DNA of 64,000 nucleotides from an uncultured Clostridia bacterium (GCA_944382885.1 CALWNT010000012.1:10784-74783), one strand, 5' to 3'; shown: positions 19,688 through 29,037, counted from the stretch's first letter. Numbers and translations: made by a program. Notes: a model not told the origin generated them from the letters alone.

Positions 19688-19738
19688 AATCGTTTTCTGC
19701 CGGCAGCGTCCGGAACAGATAGATAAGGAGGAATTTTT

Positions 19739-20707
19739 ATGCCGTATATTATTTTGGGGATTGTCATTATTGTGTTAATCTTTTTGGCCGCCCACATCAA
19801 GATCGTGCCTCAGGCCACGGTTTATGTGGTAGAACGCTTGGGAACTTACCGCACGACATGGAATACTGGACCGCATCTTTTGGTTCCTTTTGTAGACCGC
19901 ATTGCTAAAAAAGTATCCATGAAAGAAATTGTAGTGGATTTTAAGCCGCAGCCGGTGATTACGAAAGACAATGTCACCATGCAGATCGACACGGTTGTGT
20001 TCTATCAGGTAACGGATGCGAAACTCTACACCTACGGTGTGGATCGTCCTCTGTCCGCCATTGAAAATCTGACAGCTACCACTTTGAGAAATATTATCGG
20101 TGAATTGGAGCTGGACCATACCCTGACTTCCCGTGACTTGATTAACAGCAAAATCACCGCTGTACTGGACGAGGCGACCGACCGCTGGGGAATCAAGATC
20201 AACCGGGTAGAATTGAAAAATATCATCCCTCCGTCTGAGATTCAGGACGCTATGGAAAAACAGATGAAAGCAGAGCGGGAACGTCGTGAAACGATGCTTC
20301 GCGCGGAAGGAGAGAAGAAATCCTCGATTTTGGTGGCGGAAGGGCAGAAACAGGCCCGCATTTTAGAGGCCCAAGCGCAGAAGGAATCCCAGATTCTTAG
20401 AGCGGAAGCGGAAAAACAGGCGACGATCCTTCACGCGGAGGCAGTGAAAGAGCAGAAAATCAGAGAAGCCCAGGGTGAGGCGGAAGCCATCGAAATGGTG
20501 CAGAAGGCACTGGCGGACAGCATTAAGCTTTTGAATTCCGCCAATCCCAACGATAAGGTGCTGGCTTTAAAGAGTTTGGAAGCCTTTGCCAAAGCGGCTG
20601 ACGGAAAAGCGACCAAAATTATTATCCCCAGCGAAATTCAGAGCTTTGCTGGGCTTGCCACATCTGCTAAGGAATTGTTCCAGGCGGATGTTCCAAAAGA
20701 AAACTGA
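19739..20707 (+). CDS. SPFH/Band 7 (stomatin-like) protein
   Basis: N-terminal TM helix, an SPFH core (VVERLGTY...TKDNVTMQIDTVVFYQV) and a C-terminal charged coiled coil. Confidence 0.85.
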   Translation: MPYIILGIVIIVLIFLAAHIKIVPQATVYVVERLGTYRTTWNTGPHLLVPFVDRIAKKVSMKEIVVDFKPQPVITKDNVTMQIDTVVFYQVTDAKLYTYGVDRPLSAIENLTATTLRNIIGELELDHTLTSRDLINSKITAVLDEATDRWGIKINRVELKNIIPPSEIQDAMEKQMKAERERRETMLRAEGEKKSSILVAEGQKQARILEAQAQKESQILRAEAEKQATILHAEAVKEQKIREAQGEAEAIEMVQKALADSIKLLNSANPNDKVLALKSLEAFAKAADGKATKIIIPSEIQSFAGLATSAKELFQADVPKEN

Positions 20708-20727
20708 GGGAATCCTTAGACAGATTG

Positions 20728-20771
20728 AAAGAAGGGCAGCCGGCTATTTTGACGCCGGCAGCCCTTCTTTT
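20728..20771 (+). terminator. intrinsic terminator of the nfeD-SPFH operon
   Basis: gaagggcagccggc / gccggcagcccttc stem with one central mismatch, followed by a T-run. Confidence 0.65.
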
Positions 20772-20931
20772 GCGGCAAAAAAGATAGAGAGACAGACTGC
20801 AACCCTTTTTGGATTCGAATGGGCGGATCGGTGCGATTGCGAAGGAAGAAAAGGAAATTCATCAAAACAGCTTTTCTTTTTTTCCATAATCGGCTATACT
20901 GAAAAAAGAAGAATTGCACAGGAGGAACGCC

Positions 20932-21585
20932 ATGGCTATCAGCACCATTTTATTTGATTTGGACGGTACCCTTACCGACTCCTTTGAAGGAATTGCCAAA
21001 TGCGCGCAATACGCTTTAAAGGAAGTGGCCGGGATTCAGGTGGAGGATCTGGGAGAGCTGCGCTGTTTTATCGGTCCGCCGATTAAAGATTCCTTTATCC
21101 GTTTTTATGGCCTGGATGAGCAAACGGCGATAGAAGCGGTAAAAAAATACCGGGAGAGATATACTCCCATTGGGATTTATGAAAACCGTGTCTTTGACGG
21201 TGTGCCGCAGATGCTTACACAATTAAAACAGGCCGGTTTTTCCCTGAATATCGCTTCCTCCAAACCGGAAAAGATGATTTGGATCGTGTTAGAGCATTTT
21301 GGTTTAGCAGAATATTTTGATCATGTTGTAGGAAGCACGATGGACGGGAGTTTCGGCACAAAATCGGAAGTGATTGCAAAGGCCATCTCCCTTTCCGGTG
21401 TGGAAAAAGCCCACTGTGTGATGGTGGGAGACAGGATGTACGACGCCTTGGGAGCCGAAGAGAATGGGATTCCCTTTATCGGCGTCACCTACAGTGGTTC
21501 CAGAGAAGAACTGCTGCAATATCCTCACCTGATGCTGGCGGATACTCCGGAAGAGGTCAGCCGCTATCTTAAGGGTCAGAGATGA
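20932..21585 (+). CDS. HAD-superfamily hydrolase (phosphoglycolate phosphatase-like)
   Basis: ORF trimmed to ATG 20932, behind CAGGAGGA. Motif I FDLDGTLTDS and motif IV GDRMYD. Confidence 0.8.
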   Translation: MAISTILFDLDGTLTDSFEGIAKCAQYALKEVAGIQVEDLGELRCFIGPPIKDSFIRFYGLDEQTAIEAVKKYRERYTPIGIYENRVFDGVPQMLTQLKQAGFSLNIASSKPEKMIWIVLEHFGLAEYFDHVVGSTMDGSFGTKSEVIAKAISLSGVEKAHCVMVGDRMYDALGAEENGIPFIGVTYSGSREELLQYPHLMLADTPEEVSRYLKGQR

Positions 21586-22337
21586 ACCGGGAACGTTTTG
21601 AAAGAGCCTGTGAGAGTGCCTTGCAGCAGGAGCGGGACAGGGACAGCATCGGCGTGCTTAGGGAAAAGACCCTTCATTCCGTTTTAAAGTATTATTATGA
21701 GCCGGCGGAGGAAAATCACGAAATTAAAATCGGGGGATTTGTTGCGGATATTGTGGGGGAACATGGAATTATCGAAATTCAAACCCGGAATCTGGAGAAG
21801 CTGGTTCCAAAATTGGAACAATTTTTAAAAGTCTGTCCGGTAACAGTGGTGTATCCGGTCCTGGCAGAGAAATATCTGATCTGGCTGGATGAGGAAACAG
21901 GCGAAACCACGAAAAGGCGGAAATCCCCGAAGCGGGGAACGGTAGCAGAGGCGGTTTCTCAATTGTACCCTCTGCGGCAGTTTTTATCTCACCCGAATTT
22001 TACCTTTTGTGCTGTGTTGCTGTCTGGGAATGAGATCCGTTCTCTCAACGGATGGAGCAGAGACCGAAAAAAAGGTTCCAGCCGATACGATTTTATCCCC
22101 ACCGGCATTTTGGAGGAATACTGTTTTGCTGCCCCGGAGGATTATCGCGGCCTGCTTTCTGGTGCGATGCCCGAACGCTTTACGGCAAAAGAATTTGGAG
22201 AGGCGCTTTCTTTAGGCGGAAGGAAGCTTTACAGCCTGATTCACGTGTTGGAGAGTCTGTCGATTTTAGAAAAGCTGCCCAAAGAGGGGCGGGCTTATCC
22301 TTATCGCATCTGCTCAGCAGAGGAAACCAAAGAATAG
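21582..22337 (+). CDS. hypothetical protein, possible PD-(D/E)xK nuclease-like N-terminus plus winged-helix C-terminus
   Basis: 251-aa ORF whose start overlaps the HAD stop (ATGA). The FVADIV...IIEIQT segment resembles a D...ExK-type nuclease core. The function is inference only. Confidence 0.45.
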   Translation: MNRERFERACESALQQERDRDSIGVLREKTLHSVLKYYYEPAEENHEIKIGGFVADIVGEHGIIEIQTRNLEKLVPKLEQFLKVCPVTVVYPVLAEKYLIWLDEETGETTKRRKSPKRGTVAEAVSQLYPLRQFLSHPNFTFCAVLLSGNEIRSLNGWSRDRKKGSSRYDFIPTGILEEYCFAAPEDYRGLLSGAMPERFTAKEFGEALSLGGRKLYSLIHVLESLSILEKLPKEGRAYPYRICSAEETKE

Positions 22338-22347
22338 ATTGGAGATT

Positions 22348-23031
22348 ATGATGTATCAGAAAAAATTAGATCCTGAAATGGACTTGAATCTTTATTTTGA
22401 ATCCAGAGAATACCATACTCTGCCGTTAGGAGAGGTCTTTTTCCCGACAGGAAAGGTGATTGTATCTGACCCGTTATACAGTCTTCCCTATGGGGGAACA
22501 GCGCCCTTTACGGCAAAAATAAAACGAGGCAGTTATCCGGTGCTGCTGTCGGTGAAGTCTACCGAAAATTACGGAGACCGGTATATGGCGGCGAAACTCT
22601 GCCTGAATGAAAAGCGGGCGGTGCGGTTTCAGCTTGCCCTGAAGCCGGGAGAAAACTATCAGAAGCTGAAAGAAGACGAGATTTATGGCTTTCCGGTGGA
22701 AACAGGTCTAGCCTCTTTCTGTGACGAACAAACTCAGAAGGAGTTTGCCTCTTTTTGTGAGAAGTTTTTGAAAGACCACCCTGACGGGAATCTCTATGAC
22801 GACTATTTTGCAAAGGTCTTTGACGACAGCTATCAGCTTCATCCCAAATTCCAGCGTCCCGGCGGAGATTGGATCAACTGGACGGTTCCGGGAACACGGG
22901 GGAATATTATCATGTTCAACAGTGGATTTGGGGATGGGATCTACCCTGCCTATTGGGGGTATGACCAGAACGGCTATCTGTGCAGTTTGATTATTCAGTT
23001 TATCTCTCCGGCGGAATTTGAAGAAGGATAA
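22348..23031 (+). CDS. DUF4241-like protein
   Basis: ATG at 22348 or 22351, behind GGAG. The C-terminal SGFGDGIYPAYWGYDQNG resembles the DUF4241 signature. Confidence 0.45.
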   Translation: MMYQKKLDPEMDLNLYFESREYHTLPLGEVFFPTGKVIVSDPLYSLPYGGTAPFTAKIKRGSYPVLLSVKSTENYGDRYMAAKLCLNEKRAVRFQLALKPGENYQKLKEDEIYGFPVETGLASFCDEQTQKEFASFCEKFLKDHPDGNLYDDYFAKVFDDSYQLHPKFQRPGGDWINWTVPGTRGNIIMFNSGFGDGIYPAYWGYDQNGYLCSLIIQFISPAEFEEG

Positions 23032-23076
23032 TTCACAGAGAAAAATGTGTTTTTCGGCGGAAAAGGAGGAGTCCAA

Positions 23077-24228
23077 ATGTATCAGCGGTTACATGATTAT
23101 CTTAAAAATTTATCCAAAGAACTAGTGGAAGGATGCCGCACCAAGGCATATGACGGAACCTGGCTTTATACTCCGGACGGGATTTCCAGCTATAATGCCC
23201 TTTGGCTGAGGGATTTTTCCTATATGGTGGAATATGCCGGCTTTGCGATCCCCTGTGAAGAAATCGAGGGCTGTATCCGCTATGCGATTCAGCACCGCCG
23301 TGAGGACGGATGGATGCCTGACCGGGCCTGCGGGGACGGCACAGGGATATACGCCGCAGGGGAGGCTGGACATCCGATTGGAGAAGCCAATCTGGATAAC
23401 ACCCCTTTTCTGGTCTATACCGTTTATGACCTGTCTCAAAGAATGGATGGAGCGGAATTCGCCCCCAAATGGCGGGAGTGGGAGCCTTATCTTACCGCTG
23501 GGCTGAAATTGATTCCGTTGAGTGAAAACGGTTTGGTGTATAATGACCCGGAACGGCTTCATTCTCCCTACGGCTTTACCGATACCGTTGCCAAAAGCGG
23601 AGAGCTTTATATGGAATCGCTGCTGTTTTGGAGAGCGTGCAGATTGATGGCCCAGATGAGCCGGACCTATGGCGGCGGGGATCTGTTCTGGTATGAAGGC
23701 TGTGCTTCGGCGGTGGAACAAAAGATCAATCGTTTGAAAGATGACAGAACAGGTACTTATTTCGCAGCCACCGGTGATTGCAAACAACTGGATATCTGGG
23801 GAATCGCCTACATGCTTTATATCGGCTTTCCGGTCTCGGAAGAGGGAAAGCGAAGCATACTGTCTTTTTTGAAAGACCATTATGATGAATATATGTACTG
23901 CGGGCAGGTAAGGCATCTGCTCAAAGGGGAGTATTGGCAGGCGCTTCTCATAGATGTAGCGCCTGAAACCTATCAAAACGGGGCCTATTGGGCTACTGCG
24001 ACGGGATGGGTAATTTGGTGCCTGGCCCAATGGGCGCCTGAACTGGCAGTCCGCGCTTTAACGGAGGTAACGGCATATTTTCAGAAGGAAGGTTCCTTTG
24101 AATGTGTCAATGAAGGATATCAGAAGCTGCCGAGTTTTGTGGTAAGCGCGACAAATGTGTACGGCGGCTTGGAAAAATCTTCCGCCATTTCAGCCTTTCG
24201 AGCTTTGTTAGACCAAAAAGGCGAATAA
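23077..24228 (+). CDS. (alpha/alpha)6-barrel glycoside-hydrolase-like protein, family unknown
   Basis: ORF trimmed to ATG 23077, behind AAAGGAGGAG. The ALWLRDFSYMV W-x-RD-type motif is common in six-hairpin glycosidases. Weak call. Confidence 0.4.
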   Translation: MYQRLHDYLKNLSKELVEGCRTKAYDGTWLYTPDGISSYNALWLRDFSYMVEYAGFAIPCEEIEGCIRYAIQHRREDGWMPDRACGDGTGIYAAGEAGHPIGEANLDNTPFLVYTVYDLSQRMDGAEFAPKWREWEPYLTAGLKLIPLSENGLVYNDPERLHSPYGFTDTVAKSGELYMESLLFWRACRLMAQMSRTYGGGDLFWYEGCASAVEQKINRLKDDRTGTYFAATGDCKQLDIWGIAYMLYIGFPVSEEGKRSILSFLKDHYDEYMYCGQVRHLLKGEYWQALLIDVAPETYQNGAYWATATGWVIWCLAQWAPELAVRALTEVTAYFQKEGSFECVNEGYQKLPSFVVSATNVYGGLEKSSAISAFRALLDQKGE

Positions 24229-24244
24229 AAAACCGCAGTTTTAG

Positions 24245-24288
24245 AAAGACCTGCATGGAAAGACTCTCTTTCCGTGCAGGTCTTTTTG
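24245..24288. terminator. long hairpin terminator between convergent genes
   Basis: aaagacctgca.ggaaag / ctttcc.tgcaggtcttt, about 17 bp plus one G-U, followed by TTTTT. Confidence 0.7.
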
Positions 24289-24306
24289 AAGCTGTGTGCA
24301 AACCCG

Positions 24307-24987
24307 TTAAAAGTGGGACCAAATTAGCTGGGGCCCCTCTTTCAGGCTTTCTAGCAGTTCTTTTTGCGTTGTAACAATTTTAGGCAGCACAATTCCTCCT
24401 CTGGCGTGAGCGCCGTATTCATGAAAATCAGAACCGCTTACCATTTTTAAGGAGAATTTATTCGCCCACTGAAGGGCGATGTCGTTTCTCGAATCGTGAT
24501 TGGGATTGGCGTTATGCACCTCAATACCGTCCAGCAGGTCAGGAGAAACGACGGTCATTTTATTCCGGAAAGGATGCGCCTGATAAAGGAGCAGTCCGTT
24601 TTCCCGGGCAAGTTTGGAGAAGGCGTTGATTCCCAGATGGAGCAGGTCATGATTTTGATAGAGGAACTCCTCGGTGAGACCGTATACCAGATAGTCGTTT
24701 TCGTTTTCATAAAAACAGATCTCCATTCCCAAAAGCACTTGGAGTTTTCCGGCGCTTTCCTTGGCCTTTCGGTATCCTCGGAGGAAGAAGTCCACCTTTT
24801 CTTTCCAGGGGGCGGATTCATCCGGCGCGCCTGTTTGCCGGAATACCCGTTTGCTCATGTGATCGGTCAGAACAAGGCCGGTATAGCCCGCCTGCTCATA
24901 GATTGCGACCACGTCCTGGGCCGGTACGCTGGCGCAGGGACTGACGTCGCTGGTATGGGCATGCATTTCATACAGATATCGTTCCAA
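24307..24987 (-). CDS. PHP domain-containing phosphoesterase
   Basis: N-terminal MHAHTSDVSPCA His motif typical of PHP/histidinol-phosphatase-like proteins. TTG start; ATG 24966 is an alternative. Confidence 0.7.
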   Translation of the reverse strand: MERYLYEMHAHTSDVSPCASVPAQDVVAIYEQAGYTGLVLTDHMSKRVFRQTGAPDESAPWKEKVDFFLRGYRKAKESAGKLQVLLGMEICFYENENDYLVYGLTEEFLYQNHDLLHLGINAFSKLARENGLLLYQAHPFRNKMTVVSPDLLDGIEVHNANPNHDSRNDIALQWANKFSLKMVSGSDFHEYGAHARGGIVLPKIVTTQKELLESLKEGPQLIWSHF

Positions 24988-25310
24988 TCTTTAAAACCTC
25001 ATTTCTGTTTGATGCTTCCGTTTATAGGACCCCGCCGGGAAGATTATAGAATGGATGGCAACAGCATGGCTTTTCATCAGCTTGGAATCTTCTCATTGCG
25101 GGAGCATTTTTTGTGATTCAGGCAACAGTGATTCTATCCTTGTGTTGCCCTATTTCACTATAATATACTGTCTGAATCTTGTCAAACAGCGGAGAAATTT
25201 GAAAACAGAAGAGAACTGTAAAATGAAGAAATTCTTCTGAAGTTAGTGCGGATATTTGGAGAGATAACTTATTTTTAGCATGAATAATACATTTTTTATT
25301 CATAAATTAG

Positions 25311-25339
25311 TTGTAATTTATTCGAAAATGTTATATAAT
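25311..25339 (+). promoter_or_regulatory. promoter candidate of the small-membrane/zinc-ribbon gene cluster
   Basis: TTGTAA (25311-25316), 17-nt spacer, TATAAT (25334-25339). Confidence 0.5.
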
Positions 25340-25360
25340 TGAATAAAAATAAACGTGAAA

Positions 25361-25389
25361 TATATTTGGCTTTTGGAAAGCCAAATATA
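25361..25389 (+). other. 13-bp perfect 5'-UTR hairpin
   Basis: tatatttggcttt / aaagccaaatata with a 3-nt loop. No T-tract. Ends about 15 nt before the RBS of the 25417 gene. Confidence 0.5.
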
Positions 25390-25416
25390 AGAAGCAGATG
25401 AAGTGGAGGAATTGTC

Positions 25417-25830
25417 ATGCAAAAAACAAAATTAGGTCTTTCTGTTGGATTAGTGGGAGCGGCAATTTGCTTTTTAGGCGCGTACTATTTTTTGGGTGCG
25501 GTTTTGCTGGCAGGCTATGTGCTTTTGTGTGAATCTAATGAATGGCTGAGAAAATTGGCAGTGAAGGTAATCGCAATCGTTGTGGCTTTCGGGTTGATCT
25601 CCGTTTTGATTGGCGCCTTAGACGATATTTTTGCCATTATCAATGTCTGCATCGGTTGGTTCGGCTTTTACAGCATTTCTTTCCCCCTCAATCTTGACAG
25701 CCTGTTAAGTCATATTTGTTCGCTGGTGGAAACTGTTTTGCTGGTTTTGATGGGAATTCGTGCTTTGACTCAGGGTGCTGTCCGGGTGAAATTTTTTGAT
25801 AATTTGGTGCAGAAACATACGGAAGAATAA
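25417..25830 (+). CDS. small multi-pass membrane protein (hypothetical)
   Basis: 137-aa ORF behind GGAGGA with four hydrophobic segments. Confidence 0.5.
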   Translation: MQKTKLGLSVGLVGAAICFLGAYYFLGAVLLAGYVLLCESNEWLRKLAVKVIAIVVAFGLISVLIGALDDIFAIINVCIGWFGFYSISFPLNLDSLLSHICSLVETVLLVLMGIRALTQGAVRVKFFDNLVQKHTEE

Positions 25831-25855
25831 GGAAAAAGCGAGGTAGAAGGAAAAG

Positions 25856-26320
25856 ATGGCGTTTTTTGATAAATTGGGAGAAACCTTGTCCAACAAAAGC
25901 AAGGAGGTAGCCCAAAAAGCGAAAGATTTTACAGAAATCAACAGTCTTAACGGCCAGATCAGCAGTCAGGAAGAACTGATTAAAAATACCTATCTTCAAA
26001 TTGGGAAAGCTTATTTTGACAGTCATAAAGGGGATGCGTCCGATCCGTTTCATCAGCAGATCAATGTAATTTTAGGGGCGGAACAGAAAATTTCTGAATT
26101 AAGAGAGAGCATCCGCTTGATTAAAGGAATTGCTATATGCGAAAAATGCGGAGCAGAGGTGCCGGCTGGCAGTGCGTTTTGTGCTTCTTGTGGAGCTAAA
26201 ATCGAATCTGCCGTTTCGCAGCCGTCTCAGCAAACTGCTAATATTTGCTCTAACTGTGGCGCGGTACTGGCAGAGGGAGCACAGTTTTGCGTTTCCTGCG
26301 GGCATAAGGTGGGAGAATAA
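25856..26320 (+). CDS. double zinc-ribbon domain protein
   Basis: Two CxxC...CxxC ribbons: CEKCGAEVPAGSAFCASCG and CSNCGAVLAEGAQFCVSCG. Confidence 0.6.
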   Translation: MAFFDKLGETLSNKSKEVAQKAKDFTEINSLNGQISSQEELIKNTYLQIGKAYFDSHKGDASDPFHQQINVILGAEQKISELRESIRLIKGIAICEKCGAEVPAGSAFCASCGAKIESAVSQPSQQTANICSNCGAVLAEGAQFCVSCGHKVGE

Positions 26321-26323
26321 TCG

Positions 26324-26353
26324 AAAAAGGATGTGTCGACGCACATCCTTTTT
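26324..26353 (+). terminator. intrinsic terminator
   Basis: aaaaaggatgtg / cacatccttttt stem with T-run. Confidence 0.65.
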
Positions 26354-26394
26354 CCAACCAAACTTGATGGTTTTATTAGTTAGGAGGACAATTT

Positions 26395-27018
26395 ATGACG
26401 CTTTATAGCAAGTGGTCGGCGGGAAAAAATATTACTTTTATCGGTCTTTTCGTAATGCTGATTGCTTTATTTATTCCTTGGTTGTCTATCGGAAAAATGG
26501 AAGAAGAACTGAAAATTATGACGGTAGACCAGTTGATTAGTCTGTTTGAAAATTTAGATGGCTTGGTAAAGGCGATGGGAGGCGAATACGTCAAAACCAT
26601 CAATTCTTTTAAATTTGTCTATTATGTGAATCGGTTCCGTTGGCTATTTTTGCTTCCGATGATCTATCCGGCGGTGTTTTTGTTTTGGGCTAGGGCGAGA
26701 AAGACTGTGGCTTGTCTGAGCAGCCTGGTTGCTTTTTTGGTGCCGCTGGTGATGTTTTTCTTCGCCATCGGGATTTTTAACGCGGGTATCTGGGTTTATA
26801 TCATTGGCGCGCTGGTCTGCTTTTTGGGATGTACGATGGATGTTCCTGTAAAAGCGACTGCGCAGACGGCAAAGGTTCCTGCCTCTATGTCAGTTCCTTC
26901 AGCAGGGGAGCCCTCGGTGCAGGCTGTCTCTGGTAAAAAATTCTGCCCCTCCTGCGGCGCACAAAATTTACAGGATGCCAAGTTTTGTGAAAGCTGTGGG
27001 AAGGAGTTCCCGCAGTAA
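26395..27018 (+). CDS. membrane protein with C-terminal zinc ribbon
   Basis: Several TM segments, then CPSCGAQNLQDAKFCESCG. Confidence 0.6.
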   Translation: MTLYSKWSAGKNITFIGLFVMLIALFIPWLSIGKMEEELKIMTVDQLISLFENLDGLVKAMGGEYVKTINSFKFVYYVNRFRWLFLLPMIYPAVFLFWARARKTVACLSSLVAFLVPLVMFFFAIGIFNAGIWVYIIGALVCFLGCTMDVPVKATAQTAKVPASMSVPSAGEPSVQAVSGKKFCPSCGAQNLQDAKFCESCGKEFPQ

Positions 27019-27037
27019 ACTATCGTTAATGTGCAGA

Positions 27038-27084
27038 AAAAATCGGGAATTCGGTATACAAGCTATGCTGAATTCCCGATTTAC
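27038..27084 (+). terminator. hairpin terminator candidate
   Basis: aaatcgggaattc / gaattcccgattt 13-bp stem with a 17-nt loop. Short T-run. Confidence 0.5.
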
Positions 27085-27237
27085 AGTTGTCTGAAATACA
27101 GAGACTTGGCAATGCTTTGTCATATTAAATGCAGAGACAGGATAAAAGAAATTATGAATTGAAGGGTTGGGCTTCGGCTAGTTAAGAAGAGTTGTTTTTC
27201 CAATCTTATGTAATTTTAGAATAAATGTAGAAGTGCC

Positions 27238-27266
27238 TTGCATTTGTGCAAAAAAAGACATATAAT
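27238..27266 (+). promoter_or_regulatory. promoter of the XRE-ImmA module with an overlapping palindrome
   Basis: TTGCAT (27238-27243), 17-nt spacer, TATAAT (27261-27266). The inverted repeat TTGCA-tttg-TGCAA (27238-27251) overlaps the -35 element. Confidence 0.5.
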
Positions 27267-27354
27267 AAAGATAAAGTCCTCAAAAGTTCATTAGAATATA
27301 GCAAAAAATTGCAATAATAAAGAAAGCAGGAACAAATTAATTGAGGTGTAAATT

Positions 27355-27723
27355 ATGGCTTTAAAAGATCGAATTAAAAATCGTCGTTTGGAATTAGGAC
27401 TGACGCTTCTGGATGTAGCGAAGGTTGCTAACGTCAGTGAGGCTACCGTATCCCGCTGGGAATCCGGCAATATTGAAAATATGCGGCTGGACAAAATCAA
27501 TATGCTTGCTAAAGCACTGCAGATCACACCCTCTAAACTGATGGAGTGGGGAGAAGAGGTAGGACCGATGCCGGATCCGATTTCTCCTTCCGAGCGGCGC
27601 ATTAAGGTTTTGGCAAGACATTTGGACAAAATCCCAGAGGCTACCCGGGAGAAAATTATTCGGAATTTCGAGAATACTTTAGATGTATATCTGGAAGCCG
27701 TCGGAATTGACCCGGAGGATTGA
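27355..27723 (+). CDS. XRE-family helix-turn-helix transcriptional regulator
   Basis: N-terminal HTH LGLTLLDVAKVANVSEATVSRWESG. 122 aa. Confidence 0.85.
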   Translation: MALKDRIKNRRLELGLTLLDVAKVANVSEATVSRWESGNIENMRLDKINMLAKALQITPSKLMEWGEEVGPMPDPISPSERRIKVLARHLDKIPEATREKIIRNFENTLDVYLEAVGIDPED

Positions 27724-27726
27724 GTA

Positions 27727-28398
27727 TTGAAACCCAATTTTTCTCGATGTGAACAGGCGGCGACAAAACTGCTGCTCTGCCAGCCAAAGCCGTCTCTGTC
27801 GGTGGACGTAAGACGGATGAAATTCAGCAAAATGATTTTATTTGATACCTTTGCCCGTTATGGAGCGATTACAGGTCTTTCGAAAGAGGAACTTACAGGT
27901 GGGCAGATGAGAGACGGATATCTTGTCAGTAACGGAAACGTTTCCCTGATTCTTTATGAGGATCAGGGAAAAAGCCGTCGCCGCCTTAATTGGACGCTGG
28001 CCCATGAGGTGGGGCATGTCTATTTGGGCCACCAGCAGGACGGGGAACTGGAAGAGGTGGAAGCCCATTATTTTGCTTCTCAGCTGCTGATGCCGGATAT
28101 AGTGTTGGCTTATTTGGAGCGGAATCTGGATTTGCTGACCCCTCAGGTCATTGCAGAAACTTTTGACGTTTCTGTTTTAGCGGCGCGCAAAAAGCTGGAA
28201 ACCATGAAACGCAATGGAATGGGCGATTCCAGAACGGGAAGAAAGAAATTTCCCCAATCCTTTTCTTTGGAAAGCCAGCATCTTTTGGAATGGTATCTCC
28301 CTCAGCTCACTGCCTTAACAGGACGTTCCGGCAACAGCAGAGGAAGCCAGGAAGAATTTTCCCAGGCGGAGGAACAGTGGCTGTATGGGTTTTTATAG
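27727..28398 (+). CDS. ImmA/IrrE-family (COG2856) zinc metallopeptidase
   Basis: HEVGHVYLGH HExxH motif. TTG start 8 nt after GGAGGA and 3 nt after the XRE stop. Confidence 0.8.
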   Translation: MKPNFSRCEQAATKLLLCQPKPSLSVDVRRMKFSKMILFDTFARYGAITGLSKEELTGGQMRDGYLVSNGNVSLILYEDQGKSRRRLNWTLAHEVGHVYLGHQQDGELEEVEAHYFASQLLMPDIVLAYLERNLDLLTPQVIAETFDVSVLAARKKLETMKRNGMGDSRTGRKKFPQSFSLESQHLLEWYLPQLTALTGRSGNSRGSQEEFSQAEEQWLYGFL

Positions 28399-28434
28399 CC
28401 TTTTGAGCTAATGTGCAGGAGAAAGGAGCAGAGG

Positions 28435-29037
28435 ATGATGTTGATCAGTCAGTTTGCCCAGGATGTCTGCGACTATTTATGCACCCTGCCAGAAGTCAGA
28501 CAATGCGGGCTGTATGGGAGTTTGAAGCGAAATTGTTTCGATCAGTATTCCGATATTGATATTGAGCTGGAGGCAGCACCAGGCGTGGACAACGGGCAAT
28601 TTCTTTTAAGCCTTCCCCAACTTATAGCAAAGAAGTATCCGATTATTTTCTGTGATTATGCACCCAGTCTGGCGCCGGAACAATATCTGGTAACGGTGGC
28701 GATTCACGAGAAAAATCCTTTCTTGCTTGTAGATATTACCTGTACTTCTGAAAAGCCCTGCAAAAGCGTCTCTAAGGAAGAACTGCGCGGACGAAACAAT
28801 CTTTACGACCATACCTTAAAGCTGTTTGCTGCCAACTTGAAGCATTATCTGAGAGGGACGGACTGCGAGAGGGATATCCAGAAAATGTATCAGCGGATTT
28901 TTCCTCAAAATACCGGTCATCTTGAAGAAAGAGAAATGCTCAGTGATGTCTATCATTGGCTCGAAGCGCACAGAGAAAAGCGGCATGAGTCTTATTTAAA
29001 GGCCTTTCAGGATTATCTGCCTTTTTCAGGAGAATAG
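28435..29037 (+). CDS. nucleotidyltransferase-domain protein (pol-beta superfamily)
   Basis: ORF trimmed to ATG 28435, behind GGAGAAAGGAG. GLYGSLKRNCFDQYSDIDIEL matches the G[SG]...D-x-D NTase core. Helical C-terminal half. Confidence 0.6.
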   Translation: MMLISQFAQDVCDYLCTLPEVRQCGLYGSLKRNCFDQYSDIDIELEAAPGVDNGQFLLSLPQLIAKKYPIIFCDYAPSLAPEQYLVTVAIHEKNPFLLVDITCTSEKPCKSVSKEELRGRNNLYDHTLKLFAANLKHYLRGTDCERDIQKMYQRIFPQNTGHLEEREMLSDVYHWLEAHREKRHESYLKAFQDYLPFSGE

